Of a stretch of 41,966 bases of DNA, positions 18,126 through 26,946 are shown one piece after another. The DNA is taken from positions 1-41,966 of the forward strand of contig JASFUW010000001.1 of NCBI GenBank assembly GCA_050050135.1, read 5' to 3'. The stretch's first letter is position 1; each line of letters begins with the position of its first letter. The notes below the pieces were generated by a model. It was not told the origin of the DNA. It was given only the letters and a program-made list of their open reading frames with translations, and did no database searches. This DNA comes from Phycisphaerae bacterium. GTDB taxonomy: Bacteria; Planctomycetota; Phycisphaerae; UBA1845. A program made the position numbers and the translations under genes.

Positions 18126-18504
18126 GCGCGGGCTGCTCGTCTACCTCGGCGTCGGCAACGAGGATGACGAGTGTGACGCCAGGTACATCGTCAACAAAAT
18201 CCGTCACTTGCGCATTTTCCCCGACGACGAGGGTCGCCTGAATCGCGACGTCGTGCAAGCGGAGGGAAAGGTGCTCGTCGTTAGCGCTTTCACGATTCAG
18301 GCCGATGCCCGCCGCGGCCGTCGGCCGTCATTCGACGCGGCCGCTTCCCCTGACCATGCCGTGAGACTCTACGACCAGGCGTGCGAGGAGCTCAGACAGT
18401 CGGGCGTTTCGGTTGAGCTTGGCGTCTTCCGAGCCATGATGGACGTGCACTCGACCAACGCCGGTCCGATCTGCATCCTGCTCGACTCAAAACGCGGATT
18501 CTAA
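18055..18504 (+). CDS. dtd: D-aminoacyl-tRNA deacylase
   Basis: MRAVVQRVSQASVHV...GLLVYLGVGNEDD...KIRHLRIFPDDEGRLN...VLVVSAFT..ADARRGRRPSF..AA.P..A..LY...GVFRAMMDVHSTNAGPICILLDS is collinear with Dtd. The length of 149 aa is typical. Confidence 0.9.
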   Translation: MRAVVQRVSQASVHVEDSVSGAIERGLLVYLGVGNEDDECDARYIVNKIRHLRIFPDDEGRLNRDVVQAEGKVLVVSAFTIQADARRGRRPSFDAAASPDHAVRLYDQACEELRQSGVSVELGVFRAMMDVHSTNAGPICILLDSKRGF

Positions 18505-18540
18505 TGGGAACCACTGAGGTCGATACGATACACTCAATCT

Positions 18541-18566
18541 GAGCCGCGGGCTTGAGCCCGCGCGGA
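18541..18566. repeat. 26-nt GC-rich hairpin repeat (REP-like), copy 1
   Basis: gagCCGCGGGCttgaGCCCGCGcgga. It is 25/26 identical to 28130-28155, and the single difference is in the loop. Confidence 0.6.
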
Positions 18567-18609
18567 CGCACGGTGACCGTAGACCTACAACTGATCCAGC
18601 GTAAACCCG

Positions 18610-19212
18610 GTGAAACACCTACCCAGAAAGTCGACACCCAAGGTCCGAGGCGGAAAGGTCCAGCGAAAAAACCGATCCGCCGAAACGCCCACCTGTTACA
18701 ACGTACCGCAGGAAGTCCCCGCCATCGTGCGTGAAAAACCCGGCCCCGGATACCGCCACGTCCTGCGAAAGAACGACGTCATCGATTTCATCAGCATCCT
18801 TCCGGATTGGGCGAGCCTCTCCAAGGGCTTAAACGCCATCATCCTCGCCCCGGGCGACATTCACTGTGACGGATGGCACGACGCCGGCGTCGTCGCCGTC
18901 ACCGCATGGGAGAAGGTCTTGTGGCGCACCGTGTCGCCCGAGTATTACGCCGACCACCGTGACATCTTCGATCGCCTGGAAGTCGAACGCGTCAAGACAG
19001 CCAACGAATATCAATGCAGGTTCACCCTCGCCCAGGTCCGTGCCTACCAGTTGCTACACATCTTGCTGCACGAGCTGGGTCATCACCACGACCGCATGAC
19101 CACGCGTAGCAAACGCGAAGCAAGCCGAGGCGAGGGGTTTGCCGAGCAATACGCACTCAGACATGAACGCCTGATATGGCAGCGTTACACCGAGACCTTA
19201 AAGTTGGCATGA
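18610..19212 (+). CDS. Hypothetical protein with HExxH motif (LLHELGHHHD), putative zincin-like metallopeptidase
   Basis: 200-aa ORF with a GTG start and no clear SD, so the start is uncertain. It has a basic N-terminus and a single HELGH motif near the C-terminus, followed by ...EGFAEQYAL.... I cannot assign a family. Confidence 0.5.
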   Translation: MKHLPRKSTPKVRGGKVQRKNRSAETPTCYNVPQEVPAIVREKPGPGYRHVLRKNDVIDFISILPDWASLSKGLNAIILAPGDIHCDGWHDAGVVAVTAWEKVLWRTVSPEYYADHRDIFDRLEVERVKTANEYQCRFTLAQVRAYQLLHILLHELGHHHDRMTTRSKREASRGEGFAEQYALRHERLIWQRYTETLKLA

Positions 19213-19261
19213 CGCGTGCGTACTTGCCCGCGACCCCACCAACAGCACCAGCCCTGTCCTT

Positions 19262-20569
19262 TCAGCCCACGTCAAGCGCCAACACGTGATTCCGATCGCG
19301 GACGTAAAGTACCCTGTCCACCAGCGTCGGCACCGAAAAAGAGTAGCGTTCAGTGATCTTGCACTGTGAATGAACGCGCAGACCTTCGGGCGTCGCGGTC
19401 GCGAGCGTTAGCTGACCATCCTGATCCAGGACAAGCAGCTTCCCATCGGCGTACACGCAACCGGCCATCGGAAAACCGCGCTTCGCCCACACGCGCTTCC
19501 CCGTCTGCATGTCGACCGCAAGCAGCAGGCGTTCCGTCGAGCCGTACAAGTATCCGTTGACGCACACCGGTGTCGGCTGCCAGATCTTGATCTTCCGGTT
19601 CGACCAGACCTCTTCCGGCTGCGTCTTCCCGTCCTTCTTGACCAATCGCACGACGCGCCCTACGGCCTCATTACCCCCGGACGTGTAGAACAACAGATCA
19701 CGACCATTCCAGACAGGTGTTACGATACTACCCATCTCCGGATGGTGCCAGAGCGGTGTCCCCGTCTTCGGATCGACACCGATCAACCCGTGTCGGGTCG
19801 AGCAGACGAGCTGATCCTTCCCGTCAAACTTGATGAGAATCGGCGACGCCTCGCTCAGCCGGTAGTCCAGCTTCTTCCACAGCAGTGCACCGCTCGCCTG
19901 GTCGAACGCCGCCAACGTCTGCCCGTCCGCCCGCGCATTCGGCTTGTCGCTCTCGTTGTCCGGTCGCTCTCGATCCAACGGAACGATGATCGACCCCTCA
20001 TACGCAATCGGGCTGCAAGGATAGCCGACCTCTTTACTCACAGGCGCCCCATAAGCACGAGCAAGATCACGCTCCCACAACACCTCGCCCGTCTTCTTGT
20101 CGAAAGAGTGCAACATCGCCCGCGAACCGACCGTAAACAGCCGCCCCCCCACAACGAGCGGCGTCGCGTTCGGCCCCTGACCGCCCCATCCGTTTTCGTC
20201 GCGCGACAGGAGCGGCGACCGGTGTCCGTGCTCCCACAGCGTACCGCCCGTCTTCGCATCCAACGCAATCGTGAACTCCTCATTTGCCGTCCGAGACTTC
20301 CGGTACATGGTGTACAGCACACCATCGTCATACACCAGACACGAATAGCCGTCCCCCAGCGCGCGCTGCCAGATGCGTGGCGGTCCGTTCTCAGCCCAGC
20401 GCTCCGCGAGGCTCGCCGTTCGGACCGTGAAGTTCCGGTTCGGCCCGCCCCACTGAGGCCACTGCGCAAGCGCGTCCGCCGAAAAACCCGAAACCAGGAA
20501 CGCACCAACCCAAACAACGCGCGAGCCGGCGGTCGCGCGAGCCGCCCCGAACGGATGACTGGATCGCAT
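19262..20569 (-). CDS. Secreted PQQ-like (BamB-type) beta-propeller repeat protein
   Basis: Signal peptide followed by WPQWGGPNRNFTV. Repeated ...G(T/E)(L/V)LW(E/K)... blade motifs. GGAGG lies upstream of the ATG. Confidence 0.75.
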   Translation of the reverse strand: MRSSHPFGAARATAGSRVVWVGAFLVSGFSADALAQWPQWGGPNRNFTVRTASLAERWAENGPPRIWQRALGDGYSCLVYDDGVLYTMYRKSRTANEEFTIALDAKTGGTLWEHGHRSPLLSRDENGWGGQGPNATPLVVGGRLFTVGSRAMLHSFDKKTGEVLWERDLARAYGAPVSKEVGYPCSPIAYEGSIIVPLDRERPDNESDKPNARADGQTLAAFDQASGALLWKKLDYRLSEASPILIKFDGKDQLVCSTRHGLIGVDPKTGTPLWHHPEMGSIVTPVWNGRDLLFYTSGGNEAVGRVVRLVKKDGKTQPEEVWSNRKIKIWQPTPVCVNGYLYGSTERLLLAVDMQTGKRVWAKRGFPMAGCVYADGKLLVLDQDGQLTLATATPEGLRVHSQCKITERYSFSVPTLVDRVLYVRDRNHVLALDVG

Positions 20570-20596
20570 GAGATGTCCTCCACTGCAGGTACCGCG

Positions 20597-21907
20597 TCAA
20601 CCGAGGTCCAGCGCCAGGATGTCCTTCTCGTCACGCACGTACAGCTTGGTCCCCACGATACTCGGCGCCGTAAATGACCACTTCTCAGTGAGCTGAAACT
20701 GCGAATGAACCGTCAAGCCCTCGCGCGTGGCCGTCGCCAACCCGAGTTTGCCCAGGTGGTCCAGAATGATCAGCCTCCCGCCCGCATCGATTAACGCTGA
20801 AGTCGGGAACACGCGCTTGTGCCACAGCCGTTCGCCCGTCTGAAGGTCCACCCCGATCATCGGCGCTTCCAGCCCCTGCGTCCCGCGCTTCGAGCCGACC
20901 AGAAGGTCTCCCACCAGAACGGGCGTTCCCATCCCCAGCGGCGTTCGGCGATTCGACCAGAGCTGTTCAGAGATCATCTTCCCGTCGCGCTTGGTCAGCC
21001 TGATCCCGAACCCGTACTCGCGAGACGCACAATAGAGCGTGTCTCGGCCGTTCCAGACCGGTGTCGCGAACACACCCTTGAACTGCTCCTCGGGAACCGG
21101 TTGCTCCCACAGAAGCTCACCGCTCTCCGGCTTGACCCCGATCACACCGGTCGTTGTACACAGAACATATTGCGACTCCCCGTCGTAGGTTATCAGAATC
21201 GGAGACGAGTGGTTGATCTGAAAAGACAGCTTCCGCCACAGTTCTTCCCCCGTGGTCTGACGGAACGAAACCAGCGCGCTCCCATCGTTCTTGCCGCCCT
21301 CGCCGTTACCGACCGGAACGATGATCGCCTGACCGCACGCGATCGGACTGCACGAATACCCGCACGTCTCGAGCTGGGCGTGAAACTTCCTCTTGAGTTC
21401 ATGCTTCCAAACGACCTTACCGTCCGCAACCTGTCGGCAGTAAAGCGCCGCGTTTCGACCGAGCGTATACAGCCGATCTCCGACGATCAGCGGCGTCGCG
21501 TTCGGCCCGGTGAACTCCTTGCCGTGATCGGCGACGCCCCTGGGAATCACCGCCATGTTCCGCTTCTGCCAGAGCGTCTCACCGGTGGCCGCATCGAGCG
21601 CAATCGTATACTCGTAGGGGTCCTTTCTTTTCTTGCGGAACATGGTGAAGAGCTTGCCATCGTCGACGACGATGCCCGAATACCCGGTACCCAGCGGTCG
21701 ACGCCACAACACCTTTGGACCCTCCACCGGCCACGTCTGGGCAAGTCCTTCCGTCTGCACGGAGAAATTCCTGTCGGGACCACCCCACTGCACCCACTGG
21801 CCCTGCACGGGCAAGCTTGTGCCGAGAACGGCGCCGATGGCGATGAGCATCCGCCCGAACCGACAGGAACGGACTCCGGTCGAGACGTGTACATCCCGCA
21901 GTCTCAT
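20597..21907 (-). CDS. Secreted PQQ-like (BamB-type) beta-propeller repeat protein, paralog of 19262..20569
   Basis: WVQWGGPDRNFSV and collinear similarity to the downstream gene over the whole length (436 vs 435 aa). The start may be the internal M20 (21850). Confidence 0.75.
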   Translation of the reverse strand: MRLRDVHVSTGVRSCRFGRMLIAIGAVLGTSLPVQGQWVQWGGPDRNFSVQTEGLAQTWPVEGPKVLWRRPLGTGYSGIVVDDGKLFTMFRKKRKDPYEYTIALDAATGETLWQKRNMAVIPRGVADHGKEFTGPNATPLIVGDRLYTLGRNAALYCRQVADGKVVWKHELKRKFHAQLETCGYSCSPIACGQAIIVPVGNGEGGKNDGSALVSFRQTTGEELWRKLSFQINHSSPILITYDGESQYVLCTTTGVIGVKPESGELLWEQPVPEEQFKGVFATPVWNGRDTLYCASREYGFGIRLTKRDGKMISEQLWSNRRTPLGMGTPVLVGDLLVGSKRGTQGLEAPMIGVDLQTGERLWHKRVFPTSALIDAGGRLIILDHLGKLGLATATREGLTVHSQFQLTEKWSFTAPSIVGTKLYVRDEKDILALDLG

Positions 21908-22550
21908 AACGAAAGCTCCAAATGCAGCATCGTCCTCGGTTCAGATCGGATTCCGTTCAACGTGCCGGCACCGCCATCAGCCTGCGAACGGCTCGCACCA
22001 CACCGCGGAAGGTCGTGACGCCGCGGGATCCGACACATTCCGTCACGCCCCCTGCTTTTCTAACCGGTTCAGCCCAACGTGAAGTCCTGCCGACGCCGTC
22101 CAAACACAACTTCTTACGAACGAGAGGTTCTACGCCTTCACCTTCCGAACAACCACGCTCGCACGCGCTGCACCTGCGACAACGCGGCCCGCCCCGCCCG
22201 GCCCGTGAAGGCACCCGAACCGTACGCGGCGCCGTCGACGAAGAAGACGCCAAACCACCCCGCGGTCCGCCTTTCTCGTCGACTTCCTATCCGCTGACAA
22301 CCACGGTATTCACAGACGCCGTACAAGCCCGTAAACTAGCCCGTCACGGCGGTTCGTCGCCGCCCGGTCGACGCCAAGTTGGCAACTTCGGGGCGGCGCG
22401 TAACAGAAGGTCGAACTCGAATTGAGCGTTCTACCAGCCCCTTGAAAAAGGGGACTGGCTCCGAGCAACGACCCGTCCACGGAGTCGTGAGCGGCTGCCG
22501 GCGAGGTGCCTGTACCCTTTTCAACAGCCTCCTACATCCGGGAGTGGTCC

Positions 22551-22883
22551 ATGGAGACAGTCGTCGTCATAAACAACGATCAGATGGGACATGGTGATCG
22601 AGCCCTTGGTCAGAAGATACTCGCCACCTGCCTGAGGAAACTCTACGCCGCGTGCAGACCCACCGCCGTGATCCTCTACAACGCCGGCGTCAAGCTCGCC
22701 CAAAAGGACGCGCACGTCGCCGTCGAGCTTCGCCTCCTCCACGACCAGGGCGTCGACATCCTTCCCTGCGGCACTTGCGCCGATCACTTCGAGATCCGCG
22801 ATCGGTTGTTCACCGACACCGTCAGCAACATGGACGAAATCCTCGCCACCATCAACAAAGCCGACAAGGTCATCACCCTCTAG
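22551..22883 (+). CDS. DsrE-like protein resembling the C-terminal half of selenium-metabolism protein YedF
   Basis: GGGAG lies upstream of the ATG at 22551. METVVVINNDQMGHGDRALGQKIL...AVILYNAGVKLA...LLHDQGVDILPCGTCADHF...VSNMDEILATINKADKVITL matches the family pattern as I recall it (..GrGddeLG..L....P..i.fyN.GV.L......L..L...Gv.IL.CGTC......v.NM..I......DKVI..). No TusA-like CPxP N-domain is present. Confidence 0.6.
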   Translation: METVVVINNDQMGHGDRALGQKILATCLRKLYAACRPTAVILYNAGVKLAQKDAHVAVELRLLHDQGVDILPCGTCADHFEIRDRLFTDTVSNMDEILATINKADKVITL

Positions 22884-22995
22884 CACCACGGCCTGAGCCG
22901 CACGCTTCAGCTTGCGCGGAGTCCCGGCGCGCCGCAAAGGACACCCCCTATGTCACCCAACCGCACCGCGAAGGAACGTGCTGACGACCGCGTGA

Positions 22996-25080
22996 CTAAC
23001 CCGCAACCTCCCAGAGCTCGACGTACCGCACACTGCTCGATGGGTGCGCGTACCCTCGGACCCTGACAACACCTTCGCGGGAAAGCTGTTCGAATAACGC
23101 CTCGAGTCGACCCGGCTCCACGTACGGTGAAAACCCGTACGTCGACGCCAACCGCCGCAGCTCCCCCCAGTTCACCAGCACATGCGAATACCCCCGCTCA
23201 CGCAGCCAATCCGCGATACGTCCGGCGTCATCCGTCTCGCTCACGAGGTCCAGAAACGGGCTCCGGTTGAACGCCACGCAATAATCGACCTTCCGCTGAA
23301 AATAGAACGCCCTCGCTTCGCCGACCAGCAGAACCTTCGCGTCTTCGGGCAATTCCGCGTTGACGGTCTTGAAGTATTCATACCCCGGCAGTTGACCTTC
23401 GTAGATCAACGCCGCCGGCGCCCCGGCCGCCCCCTCCCGCCGTAACAGGTCCAGCGCGGAAGCGCCGTTCCACGCGGCCCCGAACACCAACGCAGCCGCG
23501 ATCACCGTCCGCCGCGTTCTCGCGCCATGAACCAACACCGAACGCCCCGCCAGCAGACTCAACGGGATCAACAAAACTACCGCGAACCGAGCGTACAAAT
23601 GCGTCGCGAACAACCACACCGCCAGTTGCAGCGCAAGAATCATCAGCAGTGCAAAGTCCACGTCACTGCGCCGCCGCCGGAACATCCCGAGCGCCGCGAG
23701 CAACAACACCACCGGCCCGAGCCGCTGGTGCTTGTCCCAAAGCACGTGCGTAAAAAGCAGCCCCACCCGTCCGCCGATCGTCCGTTCCCCCGCGTCCAGC
23801 GAATGCCCGCGATCCCACCTTTCGGTCTCTTCCGGACCCCAACCCGACGGCGACGCCGCAAACACCGAGTTCGCGAGCGGGAACACCGGATTACCCGTCA
23901 TCGCCTGGTTTTTCGCGAGCCACGGCAAAAATGTCACCACTGCGGCACCAGCAAACACACACGAAGCGCCGATCCGTCGCCCCGTCGCCCTCGACCGCCT
24001 AAAGAGGGGCACAAGCGCGAGTGGCGCAGCAATCAGCGGAACAGCCGTATACTTGCACCCGCAAGCGAACCCCGCCGCAGCGCCCGCCACGACCGCCAGC
24101 CCGAACGGACGGGAATGCATCCCTCCCGATTCTGCACCGTCCACACCATCGGACCGCTCCGTGTCGCGCAACGATCGGAGCAGCAGCCCGCAACCCACTG
24201 TGCCCCAGAACAACATCCCGTTCTCGACGTACGCCAGCCCCGACAGATAGACAAGCCACCCCGTCGTGCCTGCACACACCCCACACACCGCGCCAGCCTC
24301 TCGCGACCACTCACGCCCGACCGCCCACGCCGCAAAAACGGTCAACACCGCAAACGCGAGGTGAATGACGTTCGCCACCGTCCCGACGTCCTCGACGTCA
24401 TCGAGCACGACCATCGCGAGCAAATAAAGCATCTCCACGTTCGAAGGGAAACTGGCGTACACGTTGTGCGCTGCGTATTGGATCTGACCCGCCTCGTAAT
24501 ACTCCTTGGGCATCTGAAGGTGATATTCCAGAACGTCATACCCGTACCCCTCCTCACTCCAGATGAACCCCGGCGCGGTCGAAGCCGCAAGCAGCGCCAG
24601 TACGGCGAACGGCAACGCGGCCCACCACAACCACATCCACCCTTTGTGATCGCCTCCGGATTCCGCCTCCGCTTCCGTTTCGCACCGGTTCGCCCCGCTT
24701 AGAAGCGAATACCACCGATAGCAGCCGACCACCATGAGGCACGCCAGAATCACCACCCAGAGTCGTTGATCGAGAAGCCCCGCAACTCCCAGCGCAAGAA
24801 CCGACAGACACAGCACCCCCAGTCCCAGCGACGCCCCAATCAAAAAATGCCAACGAAGTGGCAGTTTTCCGCAACCGAAGACGGGAACCAGCCACGCCCC
24901 CGCAAGCATCGGGGGCACGACAATCAGCCCGTCCGACAGCAAATCGAGCACCACGCCGACTAGCGCGGCCGGTGACACCATCCCGACACCCAGCAGCGCC
25001 AGGACCGCAAACCCGGCCACAAGAAGAAATGTCCGCCTCCGCCCCCCAACAACCGGCCCGCCTTGGTCACCTTGCGTCAC
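22996..25080 (-). CDS. Polytopic membrane protein, GT-C-fold glycosyltransferase-like (GT39/ArnT-like) with C-terminal soluble domain
   Basis: 694-aa ORF with about 12 TM helices and an early extracytoplasmic loop (SEEGYGYDVLEYHLQMPKEYY). The C-terminal part, about 130 aa, is non-membrane. The family call is tentative. Confidence 0.45.
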   Translation of the reverse strand: MTQGDQGGPVVGGRRRTFLLVAGFAVLALLGVGMVSPAALVGVVLDLLSDGLIVVPPMLAGAWLVPVFGCGKLPLRWHFLIGASLGLGVLCLSVLALGVAGLLDQRLWVVILACLMVVGCYRWYSLLSGANRCETEAEAESGGDHKGWMWLWWAALPFAVLALLAASTAPGFIWSEEGYGYDVLEYHLQMPKEYYEAGQIQYAAHNVYASFPSNVEMLYLLAMVVLDDVEDVGTVANVIHLAFAVLTVFAAWAVGREWSREAGAVCGVCAGTTGWLVYLSGLAYVENGMLFWGTVGCGLLLRSLRDTERSDGVDGAESGGMHSRPFGLAVVAGAAAGFACGCKYTAVPLIAAPLALVPLFRRSRATGRRIGASCVFAGAAVVTFLPWLAKNQAMTGNPVFPLANSVFAASPSGWGPEETERWDRGHSLDAGERTIGGRVGLLFTHVLWDKHQRLGPVVLLLAALGMFRRRRSDVDFALLMILALQLAVWLFATHLYARFAVVLLIPLSLLAGRSVLVHGARTRRTVIAAALVFGAAWNGASALDLLRREGAAGAPAALIYEGQLPGYEYFKTVNAELPEDAKVLLVGEARAFYFQRKVDYCVAFNRSPFLDLVSETDDAGRIADWLRERGYSHVLVNWGELRRLASTYGFSPYVEPGRLEALFEQLSREGVVRVRGYAHPSSSVRYVELWEVAG

Positions 25081-25086
25081 GCCTGG

Positions 25087-26886
25087 TCAGCCTTCGTCGA
25101 AAAGCAGCGCCTGCCTCGCCTTCATCAGCCCCACCAAGGCATGCTGGCAGTGGTCGATGCGCAGCGTGTTGAGCGACGGCGTCGTCCGCACACCGCCGAC
25201 CGCATCCTTCGGGCTGCGCATGAAGTACGCCTCCTCCGGACGGACCTGAAGCTGCATGACAAACCGAGCCGCCCGCCGAACCACGCCCTCATACCGCCGC
25301 ACCCGCACGGTGTCCTTCGCGACGCGCGCAAGCCTCAACGCATCCGCGAAACCTTCGAGATAAGCCGCGGTCGCCACCCCGACGCGTCCCGGCTGATACG
25401 TCGAAAACCCGCCCCAAAGCTCTGGCCAACGGCAGTTGTCTTCGTCGAGCTGCTTATCCGCAAGCCAGTCCGCAAGCTCGAAAACATACGCGACGTAATC
25501 ACCCCGCTTGCTGTGCTCCGCCATCAACGCATACGCCTGCACCTGCCACGGCACGAACGCCGGCGACCGCCGCCCACGGAAGTACTCCCGATAAAACGTG
25601 ATCGCCTCGTGAAACGCCTCCAGCACGCGCGTCGACGGGTCGAGGCGATAGTGCGCCGCCATCGCCAAAAGCGCCTCACCTGGAAAATAATCCTGCGCCC
25701 GAACCTCGACCTCCGGCAAAAACGCCGTTACGAACATCCCCGAAGGACGTTGCAACAAAAGCATCCCGTTGATCAACCGCTCCCGCGTGTCCGCGTAGGT
25801 CTCGGGCTCCGGATGTTCCGCCAGCGCCAGGCTCAAGAGCGCCGTGACCCCCAGCTTGTTTCGCCCGTCCGACGTCTCGATGAATGCCGCGTGCTCGACA
25901 TCGTCGACTTCTTTCAAACCCTGAAGGTGATAGCGGATCCCCAGATCAGCCGCCGCCTTCGACGCACTGTTGCCCGACATCCGCGCGTGCATCGCCAGCG
26001 CCACGACCGCCCCCACCTGCCGCACCAGGTTCTGATCCTCGCTGTACACGTCTCGCGACGGCTCATACTGATAGGTAAACAGCCCCGAATCGAGCTGCCG
26101 GTACACCATGTAATCCGCCAGCCGATCGATCGCTTCGTCCACCTCGCCCGGCGTCACTTCGCCCGGCTCGATCACCCTAAGCCCACGGTGCAGTGACACC
26201 ACACTGCCACCAGAATCCGATTCGTACCAATGCACCGACCGGAACCGGCTTAGCCTTACATGCCCCGTCCTCGACGGGTCCACCCGCGCTGTCTCCGCAA
26301 ACCGCCTGAGCGCGTCCGCCACCACGAGACCGCTCGTGATAATCTCGGTCGGACAGAAGCGGTGCCGCGCGCCCGCACCCACCATGTTCACACCGTGAAC
26401 GCCCGGCTCGACAAACGGCGCCACCGCTCGCGGCATGGTCCAATCACCTTCCACGGGAATCGGCTCAGCCGGGCCCACGACCTCGATTTCGACCAGCATC
26501 CGGTTCGCCAGCTCCAGGTCCAAAAGACCCTGCGCCGCCAGAACCTCCGCCGCGGTCAACGCGGCATCGCGCGTCGCGTCCGTGACCCGACCCGGTCCCG
26601 CCGCCGCCGTTCCCAGGAGGTAGCCGCGCTGTCGAAGGCGGACCACGACCTCCGCTTCGACGTTCCCGAGCGATCCCGGCGTGTACGCCGGTTCATACGT
26701 CGGACGCCCGAGCGCCCGATCCCTCACCGTCCGGCGAGCGATCCGTGACAGAAGCACGCGATGCGTTTCGCTGATCGCAGGCACCGCCGGCTCTGCCGGT
26801 TCCTCACCACGCGAGCACGGCGCGCAAACAGCGAGGCACACCAGCACAAACGGCAAGCGACCCGGCGTGAGTTTGTCCGCCAACAT
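25087..26886 (-). CDS. Secreted fusion protein: AMMECR1-like N-terminal region + alpha/alpha-toroid-like C-terminal region
   Basis: The likely start is MLADKLTPGRLPFVLVCLAVCAPC (ATG 26886..26884), which is a signal peptide. The N-region reads RIARRTVRDRALGRP...VVVRLRQRGYLLGTAAA.... The C-region is helical-repeat rich with YFPGEALLAMA. The stop lies 6 nt before the start of the GT-C-like gene. Confidence 0.4.
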   Translation of the reverse strand: MLADKLTPGRLPFVLVCLAVCAPCSRGEEPAEPAVPAISETHRVLLSRIARRTVRDRALGRPTYEPAYTPGSLGNVEAEVVVRLRQRGYLLGTAAAGPGRVTDATRDAALTAAEVLAAQGLLDLELANRMLVEIEVVGPAEPIPVEGDWTMPRAVAPFVEPGVHGVNMVGAGARHRFCPTEIITSGLVVADALRRFAETARVDPSRTGHVRLSRFRSVHWYESDSGGSVVSLHRGLRVIEPGEVTPGEVDEAIDRLADYMVYRQLDSGLFTYQYEPSRDVYSEDQNLVRQVGAVVALAMHARMSGNSASKAAADLGIRYHLQGLKEVDDVEHAAFIETSDGRNKLGVTALLSLALAEHPEPETYADTRERLINGMLLLQRPSGMFVTAFLPEVEVRAQDYFPGEALLAMAAHYRLDPSTRVLEAFHEAITFYREYFRGRRSPAFVPWQVQAYALMAEHSKRGDYVAYVFELADWLADKQLDEDNCRWPELWGGFSTYQPGRVGVATAAYLEGFADALRLARVAKDTVRVRRYEGVVRRAARFVMQLQVRPEEAYFMRSPKDAVGGVRTTPSLNTLRIDHCQHALVGLMKARQALLFDEG

Positions 26887-26946
26887 GCCGATCAGTATAG
26901 TGCTGCACAGGGTGCCCCTCAAACGGGACGCCGAAGGGAACGACCG

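Noticed and set aside
22278-22376. tRNA/tRNA-Sec-like 3' end: GGCGG-TTCGTCG-CCGCC T-arm-like hairpin followed by CGGTCGAC-G-CCA, next to a selenium-related gene
   Set aside because: I tried to fold the preceding 99 nt. The 5' GTCGACTT can pair with the 3' strand, but GTCGAC is self-complementary. There is no D-arm with GG, no anticodon stem, and the TCA candidate sits in a loop with C at position 37. The T-loop is also non-canonical (T at the position of A58). It is most likely a chance hairpin; tRNAscan-SE/ARAGORN could confirm.
21922-22425. ORF 21922..22425 (+, 167 aa) and neighbours in the 640-nt region upstream of the YedF-like gene
   Set aside because: They are R/P/S/T-rich with no start context and overlap antisense ORFs of the same quality, so I treat the region as non-coding.
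22381-22441. Minus-strand GGGGCTGGTAGAACGCTCAATTCGAGTTCGACC, resembling a tmRNA/tRNA 5' end (GGGGCUG...UUCGAC) with a CTGTTAC anticodon-like loop
   Set aside because: The spacing to TTCGAC is too long for tmRNA. No complementary CAGCCCC-ACCA 3' end lies within 400 nt. The putative anticodon stem (ACCTT/GCGCC) does not pair.
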